From Azolla caroliniana (taxonomy: Eukaryota > Plantae > Polypodiophyta), in the NCBI GenBank assembly GCA_043228905.1, contig JBHGNT010000002.1, positions 17,360,001 through 17,424,000 on the forward strand: DNA of 64,000 nucleotides. Direction: 5' to 3'. Under the pieces are notes generated by a model. The model was not told the DNA's origin, did no database searches, and worked only from the letters and a program-made list of their open reading frames with translations. How positions within the stretch are numbered: the first letter of the stretch is position 1; the number at the start of each line of letters is the position of its first letter. The translations under genes and the position numbers were made by a program. Shown in pieces: positions 1 through 12,800 of this stretch.

Positions 1-560
1 AGTACATAGGAGATCCTAGGTAGATTCGGTAGGTAGGAAGTAAAGGGGAAACGACTCCTTCCTTGCCTATAAAAGGAGGGAGACGAGGAGGGCCGAGGGA
101 TCGCGGAGAGTCGAGGACGAAGTGCTGTCGGTTTGCGTGCGAAGGCTTCTCTCTCTCTCTCCGGTTCGCAAACTCCATAGCTTCCTTCTGTGCAGGTTTC
201 GGGAGGCTCACGCTGCTCTGAGGAATGCCCGAGTGCTTCCGGCAGCACCTCCAACCTGCTCCTGTCTTTCTGTGCGTTTACGAACAGGCATCGGCATCTG
301 TTCGCCGGCCTGTTCGGCTTTAACCAACTTCGTGTTGTTTTTTTTTGTTGCTTCGTGTACTTGCTGTTGTCTTTGTTAATACATACATACCTTCGTGTCT
401 CTCTGTGTCGCTGTCCCACTCGCGTCTTTGCTTCGAAGGGCCGTGTCCCTGTGAATCTATGCTCCCACGTAGTGGGTCTCTTCTCTTTCTCTCTTGCTCT
501 TCGGTACAGGACCCCCGAGGTCCCGCCTCACTCCATGCATCCGCGAGGAATACCTCGACA
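1..560 (+). mobile_element. Distal part of an LTR from an element that extends beyond the window, inserted into the RT of Copia-A copy 1
   Basis: TATA-like CCTATAAAAGG at ~66-76 and a CT-rich leader. Ends in ...CTCGACA at 560, exactly where the copia RT sequence (ISQHHYV) breaks off relative to the uninterrupted copy at ~29950. Confidence 0.65.
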
Positions 561-3500
561 ACGTAATGATGTTGGCTGATCAATATGCTTTCGGGTGTAC
601 GGATCACTTCAATCCTGAGGAAGTAATGAAGGTCCCCCAGATCCTTCATGTCGAACGATGCCGCAAGCTGGAGCTTCACGCGGTCAATTTCACCTAGGTT
701 AGCGCCGGTGATGACCAAGTCATCAACATATAATAAAATACTAACCGGTCCGAGTCGACCTTTTCGGATGAACAGGGAAGAGTCCGATTTTGACGTGACG
801 AAGCCCATCCGACGCAGTTGTTGCGTGATCTTCGCGTTCCAGGCACGGGGGGCTTGCTTCAGTCCGTAAAGGGACTTCTTCAGTCGGCATACTGCCGAGG
901 AGTTCGTTCCAGAGTGAAATCTGGGGGGCTATACCATGTACACCTGTTCCTCAAGGTCACCTTGCAGGAACGCATTCTTTACATCGATTTGATGTAAGTG
1001 CCACCCCTTCACCGCAGCTACTGCGAGCAAAACACGGACGATCGTCATTTTCGCGACCGGCGCAAACGTCTCATCGTAGTCGATGTCGTGTTTCTACGCA
1101 TAGCCCTTTGCCACTAGCCGAGCCTTGTACCGGTTGACCGAGCCATCCGTGTTGTACTTGACCTTGTACACCCACCTACACCCGATCGGTTTTACCCTTG
1201 TTGGTGCGTCAACCAGGTCCCAGGTCTCGTTCTCCGCCAATGCGTGCATCTCTTCCTCCATCGCGGCACGCCAATTCACGTCTTTAGTCGCTTCTACGTA
1301 GCTCTCCGGCTCACGCACTTCCGCTACACGGGTCATGTACGCATAATGATGCGTCATGTACTCGTTGTATTCGAACCGCAAAACAAGATTCTTCTAGCGG
1401 GTAGATCGGCGTAATCTCGCATTAGCCGATGTCGAGGCCTTCTTGGTCGACGCGGACTTCACCTTTAAGGACCCGTCACCGATTCCCTCGGAGTCAGACT
1501 CGCGTCGGTCAGACTCGTTCCTATCCGTGCCGGAATCCGACACCTTCTTCTTCCCTTTCTCTTTGCGTGTAAGCCATCTTCTCGGCTTCCTGCGCGGGGA
1601 ATGCACGACCGAGTCTCCACTACTCCCCGGCTCTTCATTGGACTGATCGTACCGACTCAGTCGTCCAATCGGTCCACTTAAACGGAGTGAAATCGGACTC
1701 TCTTCGCGGGTCTCGATTTCGGGCTCATCCGGAGGCATCTCGGCCTCGCTAACCTCATCGTCAGAACTCAGATTGGAGTCGGGATTCGGAGTCGGGGGCA
1801 GGTACCAGGACGCGGACTCGTCAAACACAACGTCGCGGCTAACACGCGCTTGTTTGGTGCCAGGGTTATAGCACTTATAACCCTTCTGCTCGTCCGAGTA
1901 ACTGACCAAGATGCATTTCTCGGCCTTTGCGTCCAGCTTCCTCCTTTTCTCCTTCGGTACATGCACATACACAATGCTACCGAAGTGTCACAAGTTCGGC
2001 TTCGTTCCGAAATATAGCTCGTGCGCCGACACTTTGTCTCCGATCCGGTTCTGGATGTATACCGCGGTCCTTACCGCCTCGACCCAGTAGAACTTGGGCA
2101 AGCTCTTCTCCTCCAGCATTGCTCGTGCCACTTCCACAACTCACCGATTCTTCCTCTTGCCACGTCGTTCTGCTTCGGCGTGTATCTACAACTGAATTTG
2201 CGCCGAATTCCCATTTGTTGTAGATTACCGTTGAATTGACCAGAAAAGTACTCTTTCCCGCCATCCGACCGTAGGCACTTGATCTTTCGTCCCGTTTCCG
2301 TTTCCACGAACCCTTTGAGGTCCCGGAAACAGTCGAAAACTTCGCTCTTCCTCTCAATGAGGTAGATCCATGTGTGCCGCGTGTGGTCGTCGATGAAGGA
2401 AACGAAATATCGGCTCCCGCCAAGACTAACGTTTTGTGCCGGCCTCCATACATCGGAGTGTATAAGGTCGAGCTTATTCCGGCTCCGGTTTCGCTCGTTG
2501 GGGAAAGGAAGTCGGTGTTGCTTCCCGAGCTGGCAGGCTTCACAAATTTGTGCCTTTCGGCCACTAAATTTGGGCAATCCGAACACTACCTGTTTCGATT
2601 GCAGATCTTGAAGCCGCTGGTAGTTGACGTGGCCTATCCGCTTGTGCCACAAGTCGATGTCTGACTCGGATTTTTGTCCCTTTGCGAACATTGCGGTGCC
2701 GCCGTCAGTGGAATCGAGGATGAACATCCTCCCGTCTCTGCGCCCTTGCGCAATCACACGACCTTCTTCCTCAATGAAGCACTTGAGGTGCGTAAACCGA
2801 ACCTCCATCCCTAGGTCGACGATCTGTCCGACCGAGACCAAGTTCTTCGTGATTGTCAAAACGTGCAGCACGTTCATGAGTTTCCCTTTCTGCCTGACAT
2901 GGCTAAGGGGAACTTCTCCGACATTCGCGATCAGATGCGGAGTGTTGTCTCCAGTTGCGACTACTCCAGGTTGTATCAGTTTTTCAAGGTACGAGAACCA
3001 CTCCTTATGGCTCGTCATGTGGTTTGACGCGCCGGAGTCTACGTACCACACCTCGTCCGATCTCGGGGTGGTCCGTTTCATTGAGTTTGCTTCGTGTCTC
3101 GTCACGAAGGCAAACCCTTCTCCGGCTCTCCCGGAGACTTCGGCGTAGTGCGATCGCTGCCGATTTCCCTTGTCGGTATGTCCGTAGCCGTTTCGGGAAC
3201 CGGTTCTCTCCGAATCGGCGCGCTTCTTCCAGCACTTACGTTCCCTGTGGCCTTTCTTGCCACAGTACCAACACTCCGTGATGACCTTCCCTTGCCGGTT
3301 CTCATCGCATCGACTCCCCCTATTTCCGGAGGATCCGGAGTTGCTGTCGGCATCACTTCGGTGCCTTCTTCCTTGATCTCGTCGGCCGCCTCCATTGCGC
3401 GCCAACTCGCCTCGCCCTCCACGTCCACGGGGCCTATCTCCCTTCGTGTACAACATTCTGCTGTCGGTGTGCATGCTTGTAGACGCACCCGCGTGGTTCT

Positions 3501-4027
3501 CCTCTACCAGGAGCATTGACTGTAAGTCGAAAAAGGACGGCGTATTCTCCCGGGTACACACAGCCGTTCGGAACGCTCTAAACTTCGACGCCAAACCTCC
3601 GAGTCAGATCTGGACCATCTCGCTCTCCTTGATGTTCACCTCTATGGAGGCGAGGGAGTCGCAGATATCCTTGATCTTGGAGGTATAGTCCGCCACCGAC
3701 AAGTCGTGTTGTCGTAGGTTGCTCTACTCCTGTCGCGGCGAAAATCTTCTTCAAATTTTCCCATGCACCCTTTAGCGTCTTTGCATCCCGAACATAGCTC
3801 AATTGTTGTTCGCCCACACACGACGCGAAGCAGTATAATACCCTGCTTGGCGATTGCTCCCAGGACGGGAAGTCTCTGTGTGTCGATTTGGGTGCTGCGT
3901 CATTAGCTCCTTCGACATAACTCCAGTAGCCGTGCCCGAGCAGGTACTGGTGCATCTTGTAGGATCAAGACGCGTAGTTGGTTCTATCGAGCTTCTCTGT
4001 TGGAAGCGAGCTCGCCATGCCTCTATC
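561..4027 (-). pseudogene. pol: Copia-A gag-pol, disrupted by stops and frameshifts
   Basis: Zn knuckle CWYCGKKGHRERKC, protease WYVDSGAS, GAG-pre-integrase WHKRIGH..CEACQLGK, integrase [21 protein letters not shown] and LLYVDD. Confidence 0.92.
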
Positions 4028-4556
4028 CATCGTTCTTCTTATTCTTCTTCGTCAAGTTGTGTCGGCTGCAGAGAGGTTCTCAACCCTCGCGCTCTGATAC
4101 CATGTAAAAAGTAACGTGCGGAAGCAAGTATGAAGACCGAACAGAAGGAAGAAAACTCAGGTTTAATGGAGAGCTTGAGCTCACGCAGTATACGCGGGAG
4201 AGACAGAGAGAGTGAGAGAGGAAAAAAACAAGAACTATATTCAAAAAAGGTACTCAATCTCTATTCACCACTCTCTATACATATGTGTGTTCAATGAACA
4301 CTTTTATACAAGTCCTAGAAGGACTGACCGAAGTATTGACAGTACTTCAATGCTCATTAAGGGCTCCTACACTAACTCCCAAATATATTCCTCACGGAAT
4401 ATCTTTCCTAATGGCCTCCCGGTTTACGCAATCCGACCCTACCTACGCACCGGTCTGCGTACCGGTTTACGCATTCGGCCTAACCGATCGGTCCCAACCG
4501 ATCTGGTCCTTGGCTTCTTCAGCCGATCCAGCCGATGTTGAGCTTGTCTCTCAATA
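561..4556 (-). mobile_element. Ty1/copia retrotransposon, family A, copy 1 (5' LTR 4103-4556; 3' part outside window)
   Basis: LTR homologous to 7658.., 20497.., 26161.. and 31273... PBS TGGTATCAGAGC (tRNA-iMet) at 4091-4102. Domain order gag-PR-INT-RT. Confidence 0.93.
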
Positions 4557-7301
4557 GATATTCTATCAGGTGGTTGGCTATGTATCCTATGAATGAAGAC
4601 TACAAGTTGAAAAAGTGCCTCTACTAACATTGGGGGTAACGTGAACTCAGCCCTAATAATGTCATGTGGTATAGTCGATTGGCTTCGGAGTTGGTGTGAT
4701 AGCATCATCACCAATGGTCTCTCTAATTGCGTCCACATGAAAGATGGTAATCCTGGAGCCCAAACCGCTGATGCATACATGAGGGAGGGGGTCACTAATG
4801 AGTCAAAGAGCCACCCTTTAGTCCGTGGCTCTGGAAAGTGTGCTTGGTGGCATAGTCTCTCTAGGAGTGAGAGGGATGCATGTCCTCTCGTGAGTCTATC
4901 CTTCGCTGCCTGTGTCATCGAAAATTTACCTGAGCGGGCACTAAAAGTGACTCCGAGATAGACGTATGATCCAACCACCTCGACTGGGCTATGGGAGATA
5001 GTTAGGTGACACTTAGCTCTAACTTGGGCCGATGTGTGGAAGATAAGGACTTTCGTTTTCCCTAGATTCACTACCAATCCTCCTTGTACACAAAAGTCAT
5101 CTAAGGCATTTAGGTGCCTTTGTAGGTCGTGTTCGGATTCAGAGAGCAAAACTACGTCATCCGCATAGAGCAAGATACGAACCTGCGTATCCCCAAGGAC
5201 CACTCCGGTGCCTCCCTCACGAGCAATAAAATCAGTGATCTCATCAATGTAGATCCCAAAAAGCTTCGGTGATAGGGGGCAACCTTGTTTTACACCAATA
5301 GTGCTAGTGAAACGATTAGATAGGCCACCTGGGCATCAGACACACTCGGACACTTGTTCATATAGTGCGTAGATGGCCCATACCATATCATCTGGTATCC
5401 TCAAGCTTTTAAGTCTATCAAACAACCGCTCTCTAGGGACTGTGTCAAAGGCTTTGCGGAAGTCCACAAAACAACAATATAATTTCTTCTTGCGAGCCTT
5501 AGTTTGGTCAATTAGGCATCTAAGTGTGCAGATATGATCAATAGTGGAGAAGGCTCGTCTAAAGCCAGCTTGTTCAAGTGCACGAAGTTTTAGGGTCTAA
5601 CTTAGCAAGGGTATGGCCTATCATAATGGTCCTATATGTATTTGGGTTCATGGGGTCCCCCCCTTTATGTATGGGGGCCACTGTATTCATAGTCCACTGT
5701 GGTGGAAAACCCTCCGCAAGGGCACAATTGAAGATTAGAGTTAGCAAGGGAGCTAGGCACTCTCTCGCATATATAATGTGTTCTGCTCACAATCCTGTGT
5801 GGTCCATGGACTTCCTATGTTGTAATTTCTTTATTACCTTCACGACCCTAGAGGTCGTGAAAAGTGTCCCCGCGGTAGGCCGGGGTGTGGAAGGCATTGG
5901 AATGGGTGGTTGGTTTGGGATTTGGTAAAGTCTCTCTGTATATGTGTGCCAAGTTTCGGGATCTTCGATGGGTGTTTGTGGTCTTGGCTCCCGTAGTCTC
6001 TTCCATGTTGTGGCGCAATCGCTGCTCATGAGCATATGGTAGAGTTCCCAATATTGGGATGCCTCCCACGCTCGTCTCTTACGACGTGTCATCTTGCGCA
6101 TTTCTTTGCGAGCTTGTATGGAGGTAATACTACCATTGAGTTGCGATATTGTAAGTTGTCTATGTAAGTCCCTACAATCCTCATCATACCATTTATTTTG
6201 TGGCATTGATCCTGATCTACCTTGATTTGAGTGTTTTGTATATGGGAAACTGCTAGCTGCTGCGGAGTGAAGGATGTGTGTGAGTTTCGTACTAAGGCTT
6301 TCTAACGGTAGGGAGGGATCAAGGGAGGGGAGATGGGCTTGAACATGTTGAGAGTATATGTCAGAGAGCTCATGTGTGAAATGTATTGTGGTGTGATGGC
6401 ATGGTTGACTAGACTTGGTGACCTTAGAGATATCACATTTTAGCTTGAAGTATAAGAAACTATGGTCTGGGCCAATAGGGCATGGGGCCACTCGGAAGGA
6501 GTTAATCATGTGGGTAGCTTCAGGGCGTCCTATTAGATAATCAACTGTGCTTTCCCCTCCTCCATGTGGGAAACATGTGAGCTCTTCCGAGCCCGGCCAC
6601 TTAGCTCAACCATTATATATGACCATCCGGTGCCGACTGCCAAGTTCGAGCAGATGATGGCCAAAGCTCGTGGCGTCCACACCTTGATCCTTTGATCTAC
6701 GTGTGGTGCCTATGTCTAAAGGATCAACATTTACCATTTCTAGGTTTCTATTCATCAGAAATACTGTGCATTGTCGGGATTGGGTTCTCGCATTGAAGTC
6801 TCCTACAAGAAATACTTCTCCTTGGGAAGAATATCGGATTATGTCATCCAATAGGGGTTCGTATGGAGAAGGCCCATGTGGCATTCCTTCATCGACTAAT
6901 CTCGCCAAGCCACCAATATTATAATGGGATCCTTTTGAGGGAAAGTAACAAATGGCGAAAAATATTGCCTGGTCTTTGCTTGTGGAGACTTTCACCCACA
7001 TAAAACGAGCTTCTGGGTCTATCTTCATTATTTCTATCCTATTATGTAGCTCTCTACAAAACAGTATCGCGACACCTCCAGATCCCCTAGTAGTGTGTCG
7101 ACGTGAGGTTTGTCTAAAAGCGGACTCCCAACGGAATCCTTCGACCTGTGGGAGTCCTCTATTTGGGCTCTGATGTGTTTCTACCAAGAAAAGTATATCA
7201 GATACCTTTAGTATCTCCTCTAGGCGGTCGGGGTGTGCCCAGAGTGCGCCGTTACAATTCCATAAGGTCATCCTAAGTGCATTTTCTGTCACATGGGCCA
7301 C
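4557..7301 (-). pseudogene. LINE ORF2 (AP endonuclease + reverse transcriptase), disrupted
   Basis: APE motifs WNCNG, LVETH, GGVAIL, VGDFNAR, DH. RT motifs QAGFR, VDFRKAFD, GVKQGCPLSP, LLYADD. Several in-frame stops; 3' end cut by Copia-A copy 1. Confidence 0.92.
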
Positions 7302-7307
7302 ACGCCG

Positions 7308-7657
7308 TCAATTAGTAGTGAGATCATTTATGATCACTCGCCCGTCACGGTAAAAGGCGCGATGGCCTTCTTTACGAGCTTGCATAACTCGTGGCATACA
7401 ACTCTTGCGATGCTCAATTTGCATCTTAGTGAGGTCTTCATTGAGATAGATGGGGTCCTCACCCATTCCTCGAAGGATTGGTCTCTTCTTAAAGAAAGTG
7501 ATTCTAGAGTCTAAGTCTTTAAATTGAAGGACTAAGGCTCTCTTCCTAGTTGTGTCACGCCCGGCCCTCCATGCTTTGGTGATAGGTAGGGCCTCTGTGT
7601 ACCCTAACATTTTCCCAAGTCTTTGTGCATCCTCATTTGGGGATGCACCTTCCTTGA
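7308..7657 (-). pseudogene. LINE ORF1, C-terminal part
   Basis: ...RALVLQF...PIYLNEDLT, the motif type seen in CR1/L2/RTEX-like ORF1s. Joins the N-terminal part at 20921-21831 once the CTTGA-flanked insertion is removed. Confidence 0.8.
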
Positions 7658-8499
7658 TGTTGAGAGACAAGCTCAACATCGGCCGGATCGGCTGAAGAAG
7701 CCGAGGACCGGATCGGTTGGGACCGACCAGTTAGGCCGAATGCGTAAATCGGTACGCAGACCGGTGCGTAGGTAGGGCCGGATCGGTGCGTAAACCGGGA
7801 GGCTGTTAGGAAAGGTATTCCGTGAGGAATATATTTGGGAGTTAGTGTAGGAGCTCTTAATGAGCATTGAAGTACTGTCAGTACTTCGGTCAGTCCTTCT
7901 AGGACTTGTATAAAAGTGTTCACTGAACACACATATGTATAGAGAGTGTGTTGAATATACTTCTTGTGTTTTTCTCTCTGTCTCTCCTTAGTATACTTGA
8001 CAAGAACTGCACGCTCCTTATGCGCAACGCTCGGCCACAACCGAGCTTAGAATCATACACAGAAAAACGGGAAATAAAACACGACACGAAGAAGAAACGA
8101 GTGCACAGAATGTTTATGTGGAAAGCCCAAAGAGGGAAAAAACACGGCAGTTCACAGGCTGCAAACTATCACTATGCTAGAATGTACAACAGTGAGTTCA
8201 CGGAGGCAACGACCTCGTGCTCACGATCCTCGTCACAGGCGGCGGTTAAAACATAGGCAACGACCTCTTTCTCTCTCTCTCTCTCTCTCTCTGTACACAG
8301 TTACGCGCTCTATCTATTCTTGCACCAACAAGAAAATGACAACAACAACTAACAACAGTTTGCCCTAAGTCATATTTATACTAATATGACTTTTCGGCTA
8401 TTTACAAATATAGCCACGATGGACTCTCAGAAACATATTTACAAATATGTGTCTTCATCCGGAGAGCGCTTCTCACCGGGCCTGCATCATTCGGATCTT

Positions 8500-8706
8500 G
8501 CCGGGCACTCGTCATCCGGTTCTCACCAGGTCTGCACCATCCGGCTCTCCGTAGCCGGGTACTCCTCATCCGGTTCTCATCGGGTCTGCACCATCCGGCT
8601 CTCCGTAGCCGGGTACTCCTCATCCGGTTCTCACCGGGTCTGCACCATCCAGCTCTCCGTAGCCGGGTACTCCTGATCCGGTTCTCACCGAGTCTGCACC
8701 ATCCGG
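8500..8706. repeat. 54-bp tandem repeat inside the Copia-B LTR
   Basis: Unit CCGGCTCTCCGTAGCCGGGTACTCCTCATCCGGTTCTCACCGGGTCTGCACCAT. Three full units here, one in the partner LTR. Confidence 0.9.
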
Positions 8707-8735
8707 AGGGACCTGTCTCCCAACAAACTCCCCCT

Positions 8736-9347
8736 TCACTCCGACATGGGGTGTCTTACTAGTCCGATCCTCTTCCGGCATGCATCCAACTTGTCGGGTA
8801 TCAGAACTTTGGTCAGCATATCTGACCCGTTCTTGGCCGTGTGGATCTTCGTCAACGTGAACTCTTGGTCATCTACTCTTTCCCGGATCCAGTGATATCT
8901 TCGCTGGATATGCTTCGTCCGGGAATGGTAGGCCACATTCTTAGCAAGGTGGATGGCACTTTGACTATTGCAATAGAGCCGATATTCATCTTGCCGGATA
9001 TCGAGCTCTCCGATGAAGTCCTTCATCATTAAGATATAGCCGCCTTCATCATATCTGCCTTCTCTGCTTTTGTCTTCGGGCTTTGCTTACCGGATAGCCT
9101 GCAGTTTGCCGGAAGTGTCGATCCGACCGGTTTCGCATTTGACATGTTGAACCGTTGAAGCACCTTTGTCACATACTTCTCCTATGACAGCCATAATTGC
9201 TTCTTTGACCGGTTCCGGATAATATGCATCCCCAACATTTGTCTTGCCGGACCCAAGTCTTTCATTGAGAAGGTCCGGTTGAGAGCCTTCTTCAGCATCC
9301 GTATTTTGACTTGATCCCGTCCGACAATCAACATGTCATCCACGTAC
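8736..9347 (-). pseudogene. pol: Copia-B RT C-terminus and RNase H end, internally deleted
   Basis: YVDDMLIVG..MKDLG; YCNSQSAIHLAKN..HSRTKHI. Confidence 0.88.
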
Positions 9348-9810
9348 TGTCGTGACTTGAGAATAGGAGAGAGAAAAATAAGATGACAGTAGAAGGTAGA
9401 GGGAGAGAGTGAGAGAGAGAGAGAAAGAACACTAGAGATGGAAAGAGAGTTTATATTATAAGAGAGCAAGGATTACAAAGAGTAGGCTAAGGGGCTACAA
9501 ACTGGTGTTGAACCGAATGAGTTGTGATGAATGAATAGACACCTATTTATAGGTCCTTATGGAGTATTATGGAAAGTTCTAGAATATTTTAGATATTTAT
9601 GATATTTAATATAATCATGGAATATCCTAGAATGTTCTAGAATACTCTAGAATGTTCTAGAATGTTCTAGAATACTCTAAATGTCTTGTAATAACTAATA
9701 ATACATTTATTATAATTATACATCATATATGTTAGTATAATGGTTAAAGGTCTAACATATAGACCAAGACGTCTTGAGCTCGAATCCTTGTAAGGCCAAA
9801 ATGTATGTCG

Positions 9811-12800
9811 TCATGACATTATCCCCCCTTTTCGATGACGAGTTCCACGAGTCGGAAGACAAGATTTCGAACTTGGCTTATGAGGATATTTGTTGTCAAA
9901 TGCAACAACCATTTCGGAGGCATTAGCAAGATTCTGAAGAGGTTCCCATGTTCGATCATTAGGTGTATAACCTAACCAGTCAACCAAATAATACAGTTTG
10001 TTGCGAACGATCTTGGAGTCGAGAATGGCAGCAACTTCATATTCGGAGCCATCCGAAATTTCTATTGGAGGTGGGGGAGATGTAAGACGGCCTGGAATAG
10101 AGCTGGTTGTGTACGGCTCCAAAAGTGAAACATGGAAGACCGGGTGAAGATGCATATGAGGGGGAAGATCAAGGCGAAATGCCACATCATTGATCTTACC
10201 AGATATCACATATGGGCCAAAACGTTGATAATCCAATTTGCAGCAAGGTCGGGTTGTTTTAATGCGACCTTGTAAAAGCCATACTCGATCCCCCACTTGA
10301 AACGTAGTCGATGAATCATGTCAATGACGGTCGACAACCTTCTTTTGAGTGTTTTGAGCATCACATAAATGGTGCAAAAGGATATCTTGAACTTCTTGGA
10401 GTCGGGTGAGCCGATCTTCAACAGCCGGGTTTGTCGAGAGTTCGGGATGTTCAAGCATAGTCCAACGAGGATGGTACCCAATGTTTGCAAAAAATGGGGA
10501 ATATCCAGTAGAAGAATGTTCTGAGTTGTTGTAAGCAAATTCTGCCAAATGTAATAGATCAACCCAATCATCTTGTTGATAGTTGACAAAACAACGAAGA
10601 TATTGTTCTACTGTTTGGTTGGTGCGTTCACTCTATCCGTTAGTTTCTGGATGGTAGCCGGAAGAGAGTTTGCAAGAAGTATGTAAGAGTTGGAACATGT
10701 GCCGCCAAAATTTTGAGATGAACTGGGGACCCCAATCACTGATAATATCATTAGGAAGACCATGATGCCGAAACACCTCTCGCATGAGTAACTCGGCTGT
10801 CTCTTGGCTCGTAATGGCCTTTGTGCAGGGAAGAAAATGTGTCATCTTGGTAAAACGATCTACTACCGTGAGAATAGAATCAAAACCCTTGGAAGGTGGT
10901 AGATCCGTAATGAAGTCCAATGAAATAGATTTCCATGGACTCTCAGGAATAGGCATTGGTTGTAATAAGCCATATGGATGATGTCGAGGTTTTTTGGATC
11001 GGCAACATGTATCACAACTACGAACATAATCCGTAACAAAATGGCGAAGTCGTGGCCACCAATACCTTCGAGAAATTAACGCCAAAGTCTTGTGGATGCC
11101 AAAATGTCCAGCCATTGGTGTATCATGACATTGTTGCAAGACTTGGAGTCGGGAAGGACCATCAGGCACATATAAGAGATTTTGTCGAAAAAGTAAACCA
11201 TCATGCCAATTGAACTGGTTGTAGTCTCGACGAGGATTTTGAGATTGTGAACAAGAAGCACAATCTGGGATAATATGGCTCAGAATATCTTGGGCGAATT
11301 CATCAGTCTCAATATGCTCCCGAATGGAGTCTAGAAGACTTGAATCCTCGGGTGTGTCTATAGCATGAAAAGCCATTAGTCGTAAACGGTCAGGACCCAA
11401 GAGGATTTGCTTCTGACTTTCAAATGCGGCCTCTCCTGGTTGAAGTTCCATATATGAATGCCGAGATAAATCATTTGCTTTGCCTTGTTGCGTCCCAGGG
11501 CGATATAGAATTACGAAATCAAAACGAGTTAAAAATTGCGCCCAACGAGCTTGTCGACGACTCAATACTCGAGCACTTTGGAAGTACGTTAGATTTTTGT
11601 GATCATTATAGACAATGATTTGTTGAGACGAACCCTCCAAAAAATGACGCCATTGTTGAAAAGAATCCACAATGGCAAGAAGCTCTTTGTCGTGAATCTC
11701 ATAGTTGATTTCGGCAGCTTCGAATTTCCGTGAATGAAAAGCCACAGGGTGCAGTTGGCCATCATTGCTAATCTGGGATAATACGCTTCCTAGTGCAAAG
11801 TACGATGCATCAGCTTCGAGTATAAAGCGCTTCAATGGATCAACATGCATCAAAATTGGTGCGGATGTAAATGCTTGCTTTAATCCTTCAAATGCAGAGT
11901 TTGCATTTATACTCCACACAAATGGTTGATTCTTCTGTGTCAGTTGAGTGAGGGGCAATACGATCTTTGAATAATCTTTGATGAACTTGCGATAAAAGTT
12001 TGCGAACCCTAAAAAACATTGTACATCTCGCACAGACTGTGGTATTTGCCAATCCAAAACTGTTTGAACCTTTGCTGGATCCATAGAGATGCCATGTGAA
12101 GAGACTATGTACCCCAAAAATTCCACTTGACGTTGGTCAAAGCTGCACTTCTCCAATTTTGCATAGAGACCATATTCGCGCAACCGTTGCAAAGCTTGTC
12201 GAACGTGTATATCATGATCCTCTTGAGTTTTTGAGTAGATCAAGATATCGTCTAGGTAAATTATGACGAAAATATCGAGGAAATCTCGAAAAATGTCATT
12301 CGCCATATATTGGAAAACTGCTGGTGCATTCGTGAGACCAAATGGCATCACTATATACTCAAAATGGCCATAGCGAGTACGAAAAGCAGTCTTCCATTCA
12401 TCCCCAGGACGAATTCGAACAAGATTGTAAGCACCTCAAAGATCTAACTTTGTGAAATACTTAGCTCCATTGAGGCGTTCTAGAAGGCTCGAAATCAATG
12501 GTAGAGCATATCGGTTTCGAATAGTTACTTTATTCAATCCTCGATAATCCACGACCAGACGAAGCGAACCATCTTTCTTCTTCACAAAAAATATGGGTGC
12601 GCCGGCAGGAGATCTTGAATGCTAGATAAACCCATTCGCCAAGTTCTCATCAATATATTCCCAAAGAACCTCTAACTCTGTGGGTGAAAGATTATAAATT
12701 GGCCCCCATGGAGGCTCTTTTCCGGGCTACAAATCAATCGGGCACTCATATGGTCGATGCTCTGGTAGTCTATTGGCCTTCACCTTATCAAAAACATCGG

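Noticed and set aside
9733-9798. Functional tRNA genes in LTRs
   Set aside because: Acceptor and T stems are incomplete; reported only as tRNA-like cassettes.
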